Shown here piece by piece: positions 49,806 to 59,598 of a DNA stretch of 64,000 bases. Source of the stretch: Clostridia bacterium (GTDB lineage Bacteria > Bacillota > Clostridia > UMGS1883 > UMGS1540). The notes beneath the pieces are model-generated. The model was not told the DNA's origin, made no database searches, and was given only the letters and a program-made list of their open reading frames with translations. Numbering within the stretch: position 1 is the first letter of the stretch; the number at the start of each line of letters is the position of its first letter. The stretch is taken from the NCBI GenBank assembly GCA_045533905.1, contig JAZSIR010000003.1, positions 91,515 to 155,514 on the forward strand, read 5' to 3'. The position numbers were made by a program, and so were the translations under genes.

Positions 49806-50585
49806 ATGAAAAAGTTTAGTATTGCACTTATGGTGCTTGCACTCTGCCTGATTTCTCTTGCTGTTTCCGCAAGCACGATCGATGCTACTGCCGTTAAAGA
49901 CGCTAATGGCGTAGTTACCGTAACGATTGGCGAGATGCCCGCAGGCGCAACCGGTGAAAACGTTGTTGTTATTGCAATGCGTGACAGTGCTGCATTTGAT
50001 GCTGCAAACCTTGTATCCCTTAAGGATGCTACAAGCAAAATTGTTTTTGTAGACCAGGTTCCGGCAAACAACACTGTAAGCTTCATCCCGAGAGAAGACG
50101 CTGACAACGGCGATGCAATCACTGTATTCATTGGTGCTGCAGGTGCTGATGTAAAGGCGATTACACTCGTAGATGGTGGTATTTCTGTTGGTGAAGCCAT
50201 CGGCACTGATGCTGATGCAGGCTTCTATATGAACGAGTTAGTTAAGGAATATGCAATTTCTGTTACTGCAGAAATTGATACAGAGGCTATTTCGGTAGCT
50301 GGTGTTGCAAAGTATGGTTTCTGCATTTACGATGTAGCAGGTAGCGCAGCTGCAATTCAGGAAAACAGCGACGAAGGTCTTGAAGCCGGCGATTCTTCTT
50401 TCGCAGTAATCGCAACCGGTATTCCGGAAGGCCAGGAAGAAACTGAAATCTTCTTCAAGCCGTATATCATTATGGAAAATGGTAACACATTCTGGGGTGA
50501 CGGCCGTGCATTCTCCGTATGGGGTCTTGATGCTGTAGAAAAGGATCTCGGCACTCTGGCTGATGTTGAAGCTCTGTTGGATTAA
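49806..50585 (+). CDS. Secreted acidic beta-rich protein, unknown function
   Basis: Signal peptide (AVSA); strong RBS; codon usage resembling highly expressed genes; downstream terminator. Confidence 0.75.
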   Translation: MKKFSIALMVLALCLISLAVSASTIDATAVKDANGVVTVTIGEMPAGATGENVVVIAMRDSAAFDAANLVSLKDATSKIVFVDQVPANNTVSFIPREDADNGDAITVFIGAAGADVKAITLVDGGISVGEAIGTDADAGFYMNELVKEYAISVTAEIDTEAISVAGVAKYGFCIYDVAGSAAAIQENSDEGLEAGDSSFAVIATGIPEGQEETEIFFKPYIIMENGNTFWGDGRAFSVWGLDAVEKDLGTLADVEALLD

Positions 50586-50611
50586 TTTCGTAGCATAATA
50601 AAAGATATATA

Positions 50612-50641
50612 AAAAGAGGACAGAATATTCTGTCCTCTTTT
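50612..50641 (+). terminator. Intrinsic terminator
   Basis: AAAAGAGGACAGA/TCTGTCCTCTTTT. Confidence 0.75.
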
Positions 50642-50728
50642 GTATTCTCCGAAAGTTCGTCAATGGCTACCGCGCGGCTGCGGAATTTTTGGCAATGAGA
50701 AAACCGCCGCTCTTACGAACGACGGTTT

Positions 50729-50805
50729 TGGTCTGAGTGGGGAGAGTCGAACTCCCGGCCTCTTGAACCCCATTCAAGCACGCTACCAAACTGCGCTACA
50801 CCCAG
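50729..50805 (-). tRNA. tRNA-Pro(GGG)
   Basis: Cloverleaf, CTTGA/TCAAG anticodon stem with GGG, encoded CCA; consensus TTGACA-N17-TATAAT promoter at 50851-50823. Confidence 0.93.
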
Positions 50806-50992
50806 ATTTTTATTACGTTACTATTATAACCGCTGCCACGTCTTTTGTCAAGCCTTTTTTTATTTTTCTTCGTGCGGAGATACTGCGGGGCTTGTTTTTA
50901 TACCTTTTTCAGAATACGAACGGCAAGAAAAGCCGAAAATACGGACAAAATGAAAAGCCTCCATAAAAAAATAAAAAAATTCTAAAAAAGTG

Positions 50993-51021
50993 TTGACACA
51001 GAGAGAAAAGTCTGCTATAAT
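50993..51021 (+). promoter_or_regulatory. SigA promoter of tRNA cluster
   Basis: TTGACA-N17-TATAAT with A-rich UP element. Confidence 0.85.
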
Positions 51022-51051
51022 ATTCCTTGTCGTCACGGACGACACCGAATT

Positions 51052-51127
51052 GGGCGCATAGCTCAGCTGGGAGAGCACCTGCCTTACAAGCAGGGGGTCA
51101 CAGGTTCGAGCCCTGTTGTGCCCACCA
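51052..51127 (+). tRNA. tRNA-Val(TAC)
   Basis: Cloverleaf, TAC anticodon, GGTTCGAG T-arm, CCA. Confidence 0.95.
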
Positions 51128-51131
51128 ATTC

Positions 51132-51208
51132 GGCCCGGTAGTTCAGTTGGTTAGAACGCCAGCCTGTCACGCTGGAGGTCGTGGGTTCGAGCCCCATCCG
51201 GGTCGCCA
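51132..51208 (+). tRNA. tRNA-Asp(GTC)
   Basis: Cloverleaf, GTC anticodon, CCA. Confidence 0.95.
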
Positions 51209-51213
51209 AATTT

Positions 51214-51289
<76 letters not shown>

Positions 51290-51293
51290 TTGC

Positions 51294-51369
51294 GCGAATG
51301 TAGCTCATCTGGTAGAGCGCCACCTTGCCAAGGTGGAGGTAGCGAGTTCGAGCCTCGTCATTCGCTCCA
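51294..51369 (+). tRNA. tRNA-Gly(GCC)
   Basis: Cloverleaf, GCC anticodon, CCA. Confidence 0.95.
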
Positions 51370-51420
51370 ACCAAAGAGACGCATATTGCGTCTCTTTGTA
51401 GCATAAGAATAAAATATCGT

Positions 51421-51495
51421 GGCACCATAGCCAAGTGGTAAGGCATGGGTCTGCAACACCCTGATTCCCCGGTTCAAATCCGGGTGGTGCCTCCA
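51421..51495 (+). tRNA. tRNA-Cys(GCA)
   Basis: Cloverleaf, GCA anticodon, U73-CCA. Confidence 0.95.
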
Positions 51496-51536
51496 AAAAG
51501 CAAGAATTACACAAAGTGTGGTTCTTGCTTTTTTTC
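51496..51536. terminator. Bidirectional terminator between the tRNA cluster and the DeoR gene
   Basis: AAAAGCAAGAA...TTCTTGCTTTTT. Confidence 0.7.
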
Positions 51537-51544
51537 TTTTACAC

Positions 51545-52258
51545 CTATTCCCAAGGCATTTTTTTATCACATATTATCAAATCTACATCATCCTTGTTAC
51601 ATAATGTAAACGTTTTTTGAAGTCCTAGTTTTGACGAGTCGCAAAGAAAGATTTTCTTTTTTGAGCGATTAAGCATAGCTTTTCGTAGTGATGTTTCTTC
51701 TTCTGATATGTCGCTTATTTCACCGCCATCTGAAATTGCCTGACTGGAGAAGAAAAAAATGTCTGCGTTTGTATTGTTGATATATTTTTCGGCAGTGCTG
51801 CCAAAGAAGATGCTGTTTTGACTGTCAAAAAGTCCACCTGTACAGTAGAGTTTTATGTGAGAATGAGTACATTCTGAGAAAATACGTTGATTGTTTGTTA
51901 TTATTTTAAGGTCTTTAAATTTACCAATATACTTTATAATTCGTCTTACGGTAGAAGAACCGTCCATAAATACAGTTGCACCGTCAAATATGTAATTTGC
52001 GGCTTTTTTTGCGAGGTCCTCCTTTGTTGAAACGTTGGAAGAATCTCTTAAATTTACAGGAACAACATTGTTTTCATATTCTGCTGCAACTACACCGCCG
52101 TATATCTGCTTTACATAGCCTTTTTGCTCAAGAGCCTTTATATCTCTTCTTACAGACGATTCGCTCGACCATACAATCTTTGAAAGCTCTTTAATTGTAG
52201 AACATCTGTTTTGTTTCAGATGATTTAAAATTGTTTCTTGCCGTTCGTATACAATCAT
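51545..52258 (-). CDS. DeoR/GlpR family transcriptional regulator
   Basis: ERQ..I, SESSVRRDI, FMDGSST, ITNN, CTGG, CDSSK. Confidence 0.92.
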   Translation of the reverse strand: MIVYERQETILNHLKQNRCSTIKELSKIVWSSESSVRRDIKALEQKGYVKQIYGGVVAAEYENNVVPVNLRDSSNVSTKEDLAKKAANYIFDGATVFMDGSSTVRRIIKYIGKFKDLKIITNNQRIFSECTHSHIKLYCTGGLFDSQNSIFFGSTAEKYINNTNADIFFFSSQAISDGGEISDISEEETSLRKAMLNRSKKKIFLCDSSKLGLQKTFTLCNKDDVDLIICDKKMPWE

Positions 52259-52269
52259 GTTTTGCTCCT

Positions 52270-52390
52270 TTGTGAAAAAGTTTGAAAAGATTTCAATATC
52301 GGCACCAACGATTGACTTCTGATAGCATTGATAATATAATTATAATGTAATTTTCAAAAAGTTTCAAGTATTTTCAAATCTTTTCAGGAG
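52270..52390. promoter_or_regulatory. Divergent promoter region with DeoR-type operator repeats
   Basis: TGAAAAAGTTTGAAAAGATTTCAA and the reverse-oriented TTTTCAAAAAGTTTCA and TTTTCAAATCTTTTCA; TTGACT and TATAAT-like boxes between them. Confidence 0.5.
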
Positions 52391-52400
52391 GTAATTATAA

Positions 52401-54746
52401 ATGGCAGTTATAACAATCGTAGGAGCCGGAATGATGGGAAGTGCACTTGCATTTCCGGCAAGAGAGAATAAAAACGAGGTAAGAGTTGTAGGAACACATT
52501 TAGACAGAGAGATTATTGATGGTTGCATAAAAAACAACAGACATCCGAAGGTTGAAAAAGATTTTCCTGCAGGGATAGAATTTTATCAGATAGAACAGCT
52601 TGCAGAAGCTATTGATGGCACGGATGTTGTTATTGGTGGTGTGAGTAGTTTTGGAGTAGAATGGTTTGCAGAAGAAGTGATTCCTGTGATTCCCGATAGC
52701 GTTCCTGTTCTTACAGTAACAAAAGGACTTATGGATACAGATGACGGGAAGCTTCTGACATATCCTGATGTTTGGAAACAAAAGCTTGAGTCGATTGGAA
52801 AGAAGCTGTCTCTTAACGCAATCGGAGGTCCTTGTACAAGCTATGAGCTTGTGGCACACGACCAGACAGAGGTTGCTTTTTGCGGTGATGACATTAAAAC
52901 CCTTACGTATCTTAAAGAACTTATGCAGACTGATTATTACCATATAAGCATCACAACCGATGTTACAGGTATAGAAAGTGCAGTTGCACTGAAAAACGGT
53001 TATGCACTTGGTATTGCTCTCACAATCGGACTTAATCAGAAAAACTTTGGAAATGATGAACTTCATTTTAACTCTCAGGCGGCAGTATTTGGTCAGGCAT
53101 CAAAGGAAATGTACAGACTTTTGAAATTCCAGAATGCATTGACGCTTGATAACCTTTGTGTTGGTGTAGGCGACCTTTATGTTACGGTTTATGGTGGTCG
53201 TACACGTCTTGTTGGTATTCTTCTTGGTAAGGGGCTTAATATTGACGAAGCAAAAGCCGAATTAAACGGAGTAACATTAGAATCACTCGTTGTTGCAGAG
53301 AGAGTTGCAAGAGCAGTGAAGTTAAATATTAAAAAAGGTATTTTGCATGAAGAAGATTTTCCGCTTCTTTTACACATTGATGAAATTTTGTCAGACAAAA
53401 AGGAAGTTAACATTCCATGGGAAAAATTTACATTTGGAAAGGTGAATAATATGGAGAACACCATTCAGTTTTCAAAGAATATACCGTATTATGGGCATTT
53501 TGATATTATTGTTTTCGGAGGCGGACCTGCGGGTGTCTGCGCAGCCATAGAAGCTGCAGAGGCGAAAAAAAGTGTGTTATTGGTTGAAACAACGGGAATG
53601 CTTGGCGGTATGGCAACATCGGGTTTAGTAGGTCCTTTTATGACATGCTATGACCGGGATGGTAATATTCCTGTGGTTGGAGGTCTTTTTAGAAAAATTG
53701 TTGATAAATTGGCAGAGTACAACGCAGTATATAAGCCTGAAGAACTCGATTCGCCAAGTATTCATACATCATTTATTGAAAGATATCATCGTCATGTAAC
53801 GGCATTTGATTCGTTTTCGTTACAGGTTGTTCTTGACGAAATGACACAGAATGCGGGTGTTAATGTTATGCTATACACTCGCTTTGTGGACTGTATCTGT
53901 GAAAATGGCAAAATACAGAAAGTTATTCTTTCGGCACTCGAAGGACTCGTTGCAGTTGACGCTGAAATTTATCTTGATTGTACGGGGAATGCTGATGTTG
54001 CGGCATCTGCGGGCGTACACACATATAAAGGAGAAGAACAAAGCGGTGTGCCTCAGCCAGCTACTTTGATGTTTGAGGTAAGTGGTGTGGAGGATGAAGG
54101 CTTTATTGAAAGAAGTGAAAGACCTGAAAGACCGGTCAAAGCCTTCAGAACACCTATAGATGGAAAATATAAGGTTAATCATTACCATGTATTTGATGTG
54201 GATGCAACCAATTCAGAGAGTATGACGAACGCGCATATAAAAGCACGAAAACAGGTTTTAGATGCTTATAATGTTCTTCGCAATCGGACACGAGGCTTTG
54301 AGAATGCGGAAATTGCACAGGTTGCATCTGTTCTTGGAGTGCGCGAAAGCCGTCATATTGCAGGAAAATACAAAATTACGGTTGATGATATTGTAAACGG
54401 AACGAAATTTCCCGACCGCATAGCAACCTATGGTTACGGAATGGATGTTCATCCAAGAAACGACAAGGAATTCGGTAATTTTAAAATTGAGGTCGCAGAA
54501 AGATACTATATCCCATACAGAAGCCTTATTCCGGAGGGATGCGATAACTTAATTGTCGCGGGCAAAACAATCTCCTGTGAATCGCAGGCAGCAGGTGGAC
54601 TTCGCTGTATGCCTTGTGCAATGGCTATGGGACAAGCGGCAGGTGCTGCTGCTGGGTTGGCTGTAACCAACAATAGTGCACCGGGAAACATCAACATTGA
54701 TGAGCTACAGGCAAATCTTAGAGAAAAAGGTGCGATTTTAGACTGA
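52401..54746 (+). CDS. Fusion of NAD(P)H-dependent glycerol-3-phosphate dehydrogenase-like domain and FAD-dependent oxidoreductase
   Basis: GAGMMG, TKG, ALKN, GVGDL in the first ~350 aa; GGGPAG, LGGMATSG, DCTGNAD, VRESR, IPYRSL, MGQAAG after Met at 53451. Confidence 0.85.
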   Translation: MAVITIVGAGMMGSALAFPARENKNEVRVVGTHLDREIIDGCIKNNRHPKVEKDFPAGIEFYQIEQLAEAIDGTDVVIGGVSSFGVEWFAEEVIPVIPDSVPVLTVTKGLMDTDDGKLLTYPDVWKQKLESIGKKLSLNAIGGPCTSYELVAHDQTEVAFCGDDIKTLTYLKELMQTDYYHISITTDVTGIESAVALKNGYALGIALTIGLNQKNFGNDELHFNSQAAVFGQASKEMYRLLKFQNALTLDNLCVGVGDLYVTVYGGRTRLVGILLGKGLNIDEAKAELNGVTLESLVVAERVARAVKLNIKKGILHEEDFPLLLHIDEILSDKKEVNIPWEKFTFGKVNNMENTIQFSKNIPYYGHFDIIVFGGGPAGVCAAIEAAEAKKSVLLVETTGMLGGMATSGLVGPFMTCYDRDGNIPVVGGLFRKIVDKLAEYNAVYKPEELDSPSIHTSFIERYHRHVTAFDSFSLQVVLDEMTQNAGVNVMLYTRFVDCICENGKIQKVILSALEGLVAVDAEIYLDCTGNADVAASAGVHTYKGEEQSGVPQPATLMFEVSGVEDEGFIERSERPERPVKAFRTPIDGKYKVNHYHVFDVDATNSESMTNAHIKARKQVLDAYNVLRNRTRGFENAEIAQVASVLGVRESRHIAGKYKITVDDIVNGTKFPDRIATYGYGMDVHPRNDKEFGNFKIEVAERYYIPYRSLIPEGCDNLIVAGKTISCESQAAGGLRCMPCAMAMGQAAGAAAGLAVTNNSAPGNINIDELQANLREKGAILD

Positions 54747-54770
54747 TTGCGGAAAGTATAAGAGATCTAA

Positions 54771-54881
54771 AAAGATGAAGATGGTGTTAAACTTGCAATT
54801 GCAAACGGAGCAGGGTTGATTACATGTAATGATCCTGATGTGATATTAGATTTGCTTCGTAAAATAGGATACCATAAATAA
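54771..54881 (+). pseudogene. 3' remnant of a glycerophosphodiester phosphodiesterase-like gene
   Basis: Reads KDEDGVKLAIANGAGLITCNDPDVILDLLRKIGYHK*, resembling the GDPD C-terminal G-x-x-x-I-T-x-N/D-x-P motif; no start codon. Confidence 0.45.
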
Positions 54882-54883
54882 TG

Positions 54884-55047
54884 GCATCTAAACCATTCGG
54901 ATCTTCCAAAAATCGACAAGGTTCGTCAGAATCTTGTCGATTTATTTATTACCTATTCACTATTCACTTTTCCCTAAAATACCTTGTTGATTTTTGAAAA
55001 GTAATCGGTAATAGTGAAAAAGGAAGAAGCAAGGTGTGCATCAAGCC
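54884..55047 (+). repeat. Structured element starting with GCATCTAAACC and ending with GCATCAAGCC
   Basis: Same 11-mer as in the 16-19.5 kb island; perfect 11-bp hairpin 54910-54943; second imperfect hairpin 54956-55018. Confidence 0.65.
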
Positions 55048-55455
55048 ATCCAGAGGCTGCGCCGGGCAAGGGGTGGCGCAAAAGGCGCTTTCAATGATAA
55101 CAGCATCACGGCTGACGGAAAAGGGATGATTGTAGTCGGCGTGGATACAGAAAGCGGGGAATTAGCCGATAAAGGATATTATTCTTGCGGTATTTCTCTG
55201 GATAAGGCGCCGAATGGAGAGGCGTTTGCTGGAATGCAGCTTCCTAATTTTGAAAAAGCACTTGAAATTGCGACACATATACATAGTCAGATGCCTTTTG
55301 CTGTGTTTGTCGGTTTTGATATAGCGTTCGATAAAGATGGCGAACCCACGGTTATGGAATATAATTTGAATGCACCCGGTGTTTATTATTATCAGTTGAC
55401 CGGCGGCCCCGTTTTCGGCGCGCGTACAAAGGAAATTATGGATACATATTTTTGA
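55036..55455 (+). pseudogene. C-terminal fragment of a sugar-transfer-associated ATP-grasp protein
   Basis: DN...G..VGVD..SGEL, LPNFE, VGFDIAFD..G.P.VMEYN; the N-terminal portion is missing. Confidence 0.6.
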
Positions 55456-55685
55456 TGCGCGCTACGAAAAAAGTCTGTGCATATAAAATCCGGAAAAGAC
55501 TACCCGCAGGTAGTCTTTTTCTGCTATAAAAAGGGGTATCACACGCTGTGAAGCTTCTATTTCGTCAAATTGGCGAATACGAGGGCAGAAATCGTCGTTT
55601 TTTCAGTATGTATGTATCTTGACACCCTTCGCCTTTGGGCGTACAATTATGTGCGGTAAAATAAGAATCACCCAAAGGAGAAGAC

Positions 55686-56255
55686 ATGAAGATACTCGCG
55701 CTTTTAGCACTTTTTATGATTGCCGCACTTTCGCTGTGGAATCTGCGCCTTGTGCGTGTAAACCGCAGCCTTTTGGCAAAAATCAAAAATAATGAGGAGA
55801 CGAGACGGCTCGAGGCGCTTGCCTTTACGGACGCGCTGACGGGTATTGCCAACAGAACGGCGTACGCCGCCCATATCGATAAGCTGGAAAAAGAAAAAAC
55901 GCGGAAAGAACTCGGCATTGTGCTTTTTGATGTGGATAATTTCAAAGAGATCAATGATACAAAGGGCCACCTTACAGGCGATGCGGTTTTGAAAATGGTT
56001 GCAGATGCACTTACGCGTGCTTTTCTGCCACCGCATCACACGGTGTACCGAATCGGTGGGGATGAATTCGCAGTGATCTCCAAGGATGTCGCCGAGGAGG
56101 AAATGATAGAGGGGATGCTCGCCGTCCGTAAGATTTTAGAAAATGAAGGCGACACGCGCCTTTCCGGCGGCTATGCTACGATTCGGGGCGATATAAATAT
56201 TGCTTTTTGTGCGGCGGATGAAATGCTTTATGCAGATAAATTCTCCAGAAAATAG
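55686..56255 (+). CDS. Membrane-anchored GGDEF diguanylate cyclase
   Basis: N-terminal TM helix; DALTGIANR, DVDNFKEIND, GH..GD, YRIGGDEF; no RxxD I-site. Confidence 0.92.
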   Translation: MKILALLALFMIAALSLWNLRLVRVNRSLLAKIKNNEETRRLEALAFTDALTGIANRTAYAAHIDKLEKEKTRKELGIVLFDVDNFKEINDTKGHLTGDAVLKMVADALTRAFLPPHHTVYRIGGDEFAVISKDVAEEEMIEGMLAVRKILENEGDTRLSGGYATIRGDINIAFCAADEMLYADKFSRK

Positions 56256-56393
56256 AAATCAACCTCCGGAAAATCCCGGAGGTTTTTATTTGCCGTTGAT
56301 TCTTTTATAAATCTATGGTAAAATAAAAACAAAAAGCGGAGAAAGGGGGTTCCGGCCTTCTCTGCGGGATAGTGATAGTATGGAAGTGAAACT

Positions 56394-57110
56394 ATGAAGA
56401 AAAACAGTGCATTTATAAAGGGGCTCTATGACGGGCTCCCCATCGGCCTTGGGTACCTCTCTGTTTCCTTCGCATTCGGGATTTTTGCCGTCGGAAGCGG
56501 ACTGCATATTCTGGAAGCGCTCTTTCTTTCTATGACGAATGTCACAAGTGCCGGCCAGTTTGCCGCCGTGCCCGTGATTGCGATGGGGAAAAGCGCTCTG
56601 GAGCTTGCACTTTTGCAGCTTGTCATCAATGCGCGGTATGCGCTTATGTCCCTCTCGCTTTCGCAGAAACTTGCGGGCGATATCCGCACAAGGGACCGGT
56701 TCCTCATTTCGTTTCTTAATACCGATGAGGTATTTGCCGTAGCCTCTTCGCAGAAGGAGGAGGTAACACGGCGGTATATGTTTGGCCTTATTTTACTGCC
56801 GTATATCGGCTGGAGCCTCGGTACGCTCCTCGGCGCCGTAGCGGGGGATATCCTGCCGCGTATCCTCGTTTCTGCGCTTGGTATTGCCATTTACGGGATG
56901 TTTGTCGCAATTGTACTGCCCGGGGCAAAGAAAAACCGCCCGACGGCGGCCTGCGCCCTTCTCGCTGCCTTTTTAAGCTGTCTTTTTTACTATGCGCCGG
57001 CACTAAAAGGGGTCCCCTCGGGATTTTCCCTGATTCTGTGCGCCGTCCTCTCCAGCGCCGTTTTGGCGGCTGTAGCACCGATTGGACAGGAGGATGGGGA
57101 AAATGCATAA
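56394..57110 (+). CDS. azlC: AzlC family branched-chain amino acid exporter subunit
   Basis: PIGLGY, SAGQF, INARY, TDEVF. Confidence 0.9.
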   Translation: MKKNSAFIKGLYDGLPIGLGYLSVSFAFGIFAVGSGLHILEALFLSMTNVTSAGQFAAVPVIAMGKSALELALLQLVINARYALMSLSLSQKLAGDIRTRDRFLISFLNTDEVFAVASSQKEEVTRRYMFGLILLPYIGWSLGTLLGAVAGDILPRILVSALGIAIYGMFVAIVLPGAKKNRPTAACALLAAFLSCLFYYAPALKGVPSGFSLILCAVLSSAVLAAVAPIGQEDGENA

Positions 57111-57432
57111 TCTGCAGTTTTGGGGCTATTTATTGATTTGTGCAGGCGTTACCTATCTGATCCGTATGGTACCGCTGGTGCTTGTACGGAAGAAAATTAC
57201 GAATCGTTTCCTTTTGTCCTTTTTGTATTATATTCCGTATGCCGTTCTTTCGGCGATGACCGTGCCTGCCATTTTCTATGCTACGGACAGCGTGCCGGCC
57301 GCATTTGTCGGATTTCTCGCCGCGCTTTTTTCGGCATACTTTGAAAAGAGCCTTTTGTTTGTGGCTTCTGCCGCCTCCGTCGCGGCATTTCTGGCAGAGC
57401 TTTGCCTGAGTCTTTTGCAAGGAAAAACTTGA
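57103..57432 (+). CDS. azlD: AzlD family subunit
   Basis: VTYLIR, FLYYIPYAVLSAM; overlaps azlC. Confidence 0.88.
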   Translation: MHNLQFWGYLLICAGVTYLIRMVPLVLVRKKITNRFLLSFLYYIPYAVLSAMTVPAIFYATDSVPAAFVGFLAALFSAYFEKSLLFVASAASVAAFLAELCLSLLQGKT

Positions 57433-57518
57433 CATTTTCTTTCCGGTGTGGTACACTTGCAAGGAGCAGTAAAGACCACGGAAACCGGAAGCTTTTGTAT
57501 AAATAGAAGGAGCAGAAT

Positions 57519-58793
57519 ATGGAACAGTTTGTAAGAATCTTCAATTTATGCCTGTTTATTGCTTTTACCGTATTATATGCATATCAGATAGTCTATGCCA
57601 TCGTTGGCTTTATGCACAGAAAACCCGCACCGATAACGGAGCCGCCCTCCGCCTTTCATAAGTTTGCCGTCATCATTGCGGCGCGGAATGAAAGAACGGT
57701 TGTCGGGCATCTGATTACCAGTATCCAGAATCAGAACTACCCGGCGGATAAGCTCGATATCATCGTGATTGCCGATAATTGCACAGATGATACGGCCGCG
57801 ATCTGCCGCGAAAAAGGCGCGGTGGTGTATGAGAGGGAGGATACGAAGCGGATTGGCAAAGGGTACGCGCTCGATTTTCTCTTCAAGGCGATGATGGCAA
57901 ACGGCACCTTCGAAAACTACGAGGGCTACTGTGTTCTCGATGCAGATAACCTTCTCGATGAAAACTTCATCGCGGAAATGAATAAGATGTTTGACCACGG
58001 TCACCGCATCCTCACAAGCTACAGAAACTCTAAAAACTATGGCGATAACTGGATCTCCGCAGGCTACGCGCTCTGGTTTATGCGCGAGGCCCGGTATCTG
58101 AATAACCCCCGTATGCGTCTCGGTTCCAGCTGTGCCATTTCCGGCACGGGCTTTTTGGTGCATCGCGATATCATTGCAAAAAACAACGGCTGGAAGCACC
58201 ACCTTCTTACGGAGGATATTGAATTTACGATTGACAGCGTAATTCACGGCGAGAAGATCGGCTATTGTGAATACGCGGTTTTGTATGACGAGCAGCCCAC
58301 CACGATGAAGCAGTCGTGGGATCAGCGACTGCGCTGGGCAAAGGGATTTTATCAGGTTGTCGGCCGATACGGCGGCAAGCTCTGTAAGAACATCTTCACG
58401 AGCCGCGAAAAGGCGCTTCCGTGCTTCGATATGTTTATGACCGTGGCGCCCGCGTATCTTATCACGCTTTTGTCGATTCTGATAAATTTTGTAATCTTTG
58501 TCATATCCTTCTTTACGCCGTCGTTTGGCGTAGAGGTCAGAGAGGCCACGCTGGGCTCCATTTTCGGCGCGCTCGGCAGCTTTTATGCGATGTTTATGAT
58601 GATGGGTACCCTCACGGTTATCACCGAGTGGGACGTGATTAAATCAACGCCGAAGAAGAAAATCGGGTATCTTCTTCTGTTCCCCATCTTCCTCTTTACA
58701 TATGTGCCGATTTCTGTCATCGCCCTTTTTAAGAAGGTTGTATGGCGTCCGGTAGAGCATACGGAGGCGAAGACGCTCGACGAAGTCAGGTAA
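57519..58793 (+). CDS. Processive GT2 family membrane glycosyltransferase
   Basis: AARNE, ADNCTD, GKG, DAD, TED, QRLRW (QxxRW); TTGACA promoter at 57429. Confidence 0.92.
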   Translation: MEQFVRIFNLCLFIAFTVLYAYQIVYAIVGFMHRKPAPITEPPSAFHKFAVIIAARNERTVVGHLITSIQNQNYPADKLDIIVIADNCTDDTAAICREKGAVVYEREDTKRIGKGYALDFLFKAMMANGTFENYEGYCVLDADNLLDENFIAEMNKMFDHGHRILTSYRNSKNYGDNWISAGYALWFMREARYLNNPRMRLGSSCAISGTGFLVHRDIIAKNNGWKHHLLTEDIEFTIDSVIHGEKIGYCEYAVLYDEQPTTMKQSWDQRLRWAKGFYQVVGRYGGKLCKNIFTSREKALPCFDMFMTVAPAYLITLLSILINFVIFVISFFTPSFGVEVREATLGSIFGALGSFYAMFMMMGTLTVITEWDVIKSTPKKKIGYLLLFPIFLFTYVPISVIALFKKVVWRPVEHTEAKTLDEVR

Positions 58794-58796
58794 GCA

Positions 58797-58946
58797 GGGG
58801 ATGTAAAAAAGCGCTGATCACCAAAAGGCAGCGAAAGTATTCTCAAAGGCTTTCAATGCAGACAAAAGAGAAGCAAATATGTAGGGACTCTCCATTATGG
58901 AGAGTCCCTTTGCTATATGCCCTTTTTGCCTATTTTTTCTATCCTC
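58797..58946. repeat. MITE/REP-like intergenic element, copy 3
   Basis: GGGGATGTAAAAAAGCGC...TTTTTTCTATCCTC ends; central GGGACTCTCCA/TGGAGAGTCCC hairpin. Confidence 0.65.
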
Positions 58947-58967
58947 TATGAAAAGTAGGGCAAAATT

Positions 58968-59000
58968 AAAAGAGGTTCTCCAAAACGGAGAACCTCTTTT
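58968..59000 (-). terminator. Terminator after pyrR
   Basis: AAAAGAGGTTCTCC/GGAGAACCTCTTTT. Confidence 0.75.
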
Positions 59001-59009
59001 AATTTCGTA

Positions 59010-59591
<582 letters not shown>

Positions 59592-59598
59592 CTATGCA

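Noticed and set aside
51470-55560. tRNA-Cys-anchored prophage or ICE
   Set aside because: No integrase, no phage or conjugation genes, and no duplicated tRNA 3' end found
55686-58793. GGDEF plus GT2 as a c-di-GMP-regulated polysaccharide system
   Set aside because: The genes are separated by a terminator and azlCD; the GT2 has its own promoter and no recognisable PilZ extension
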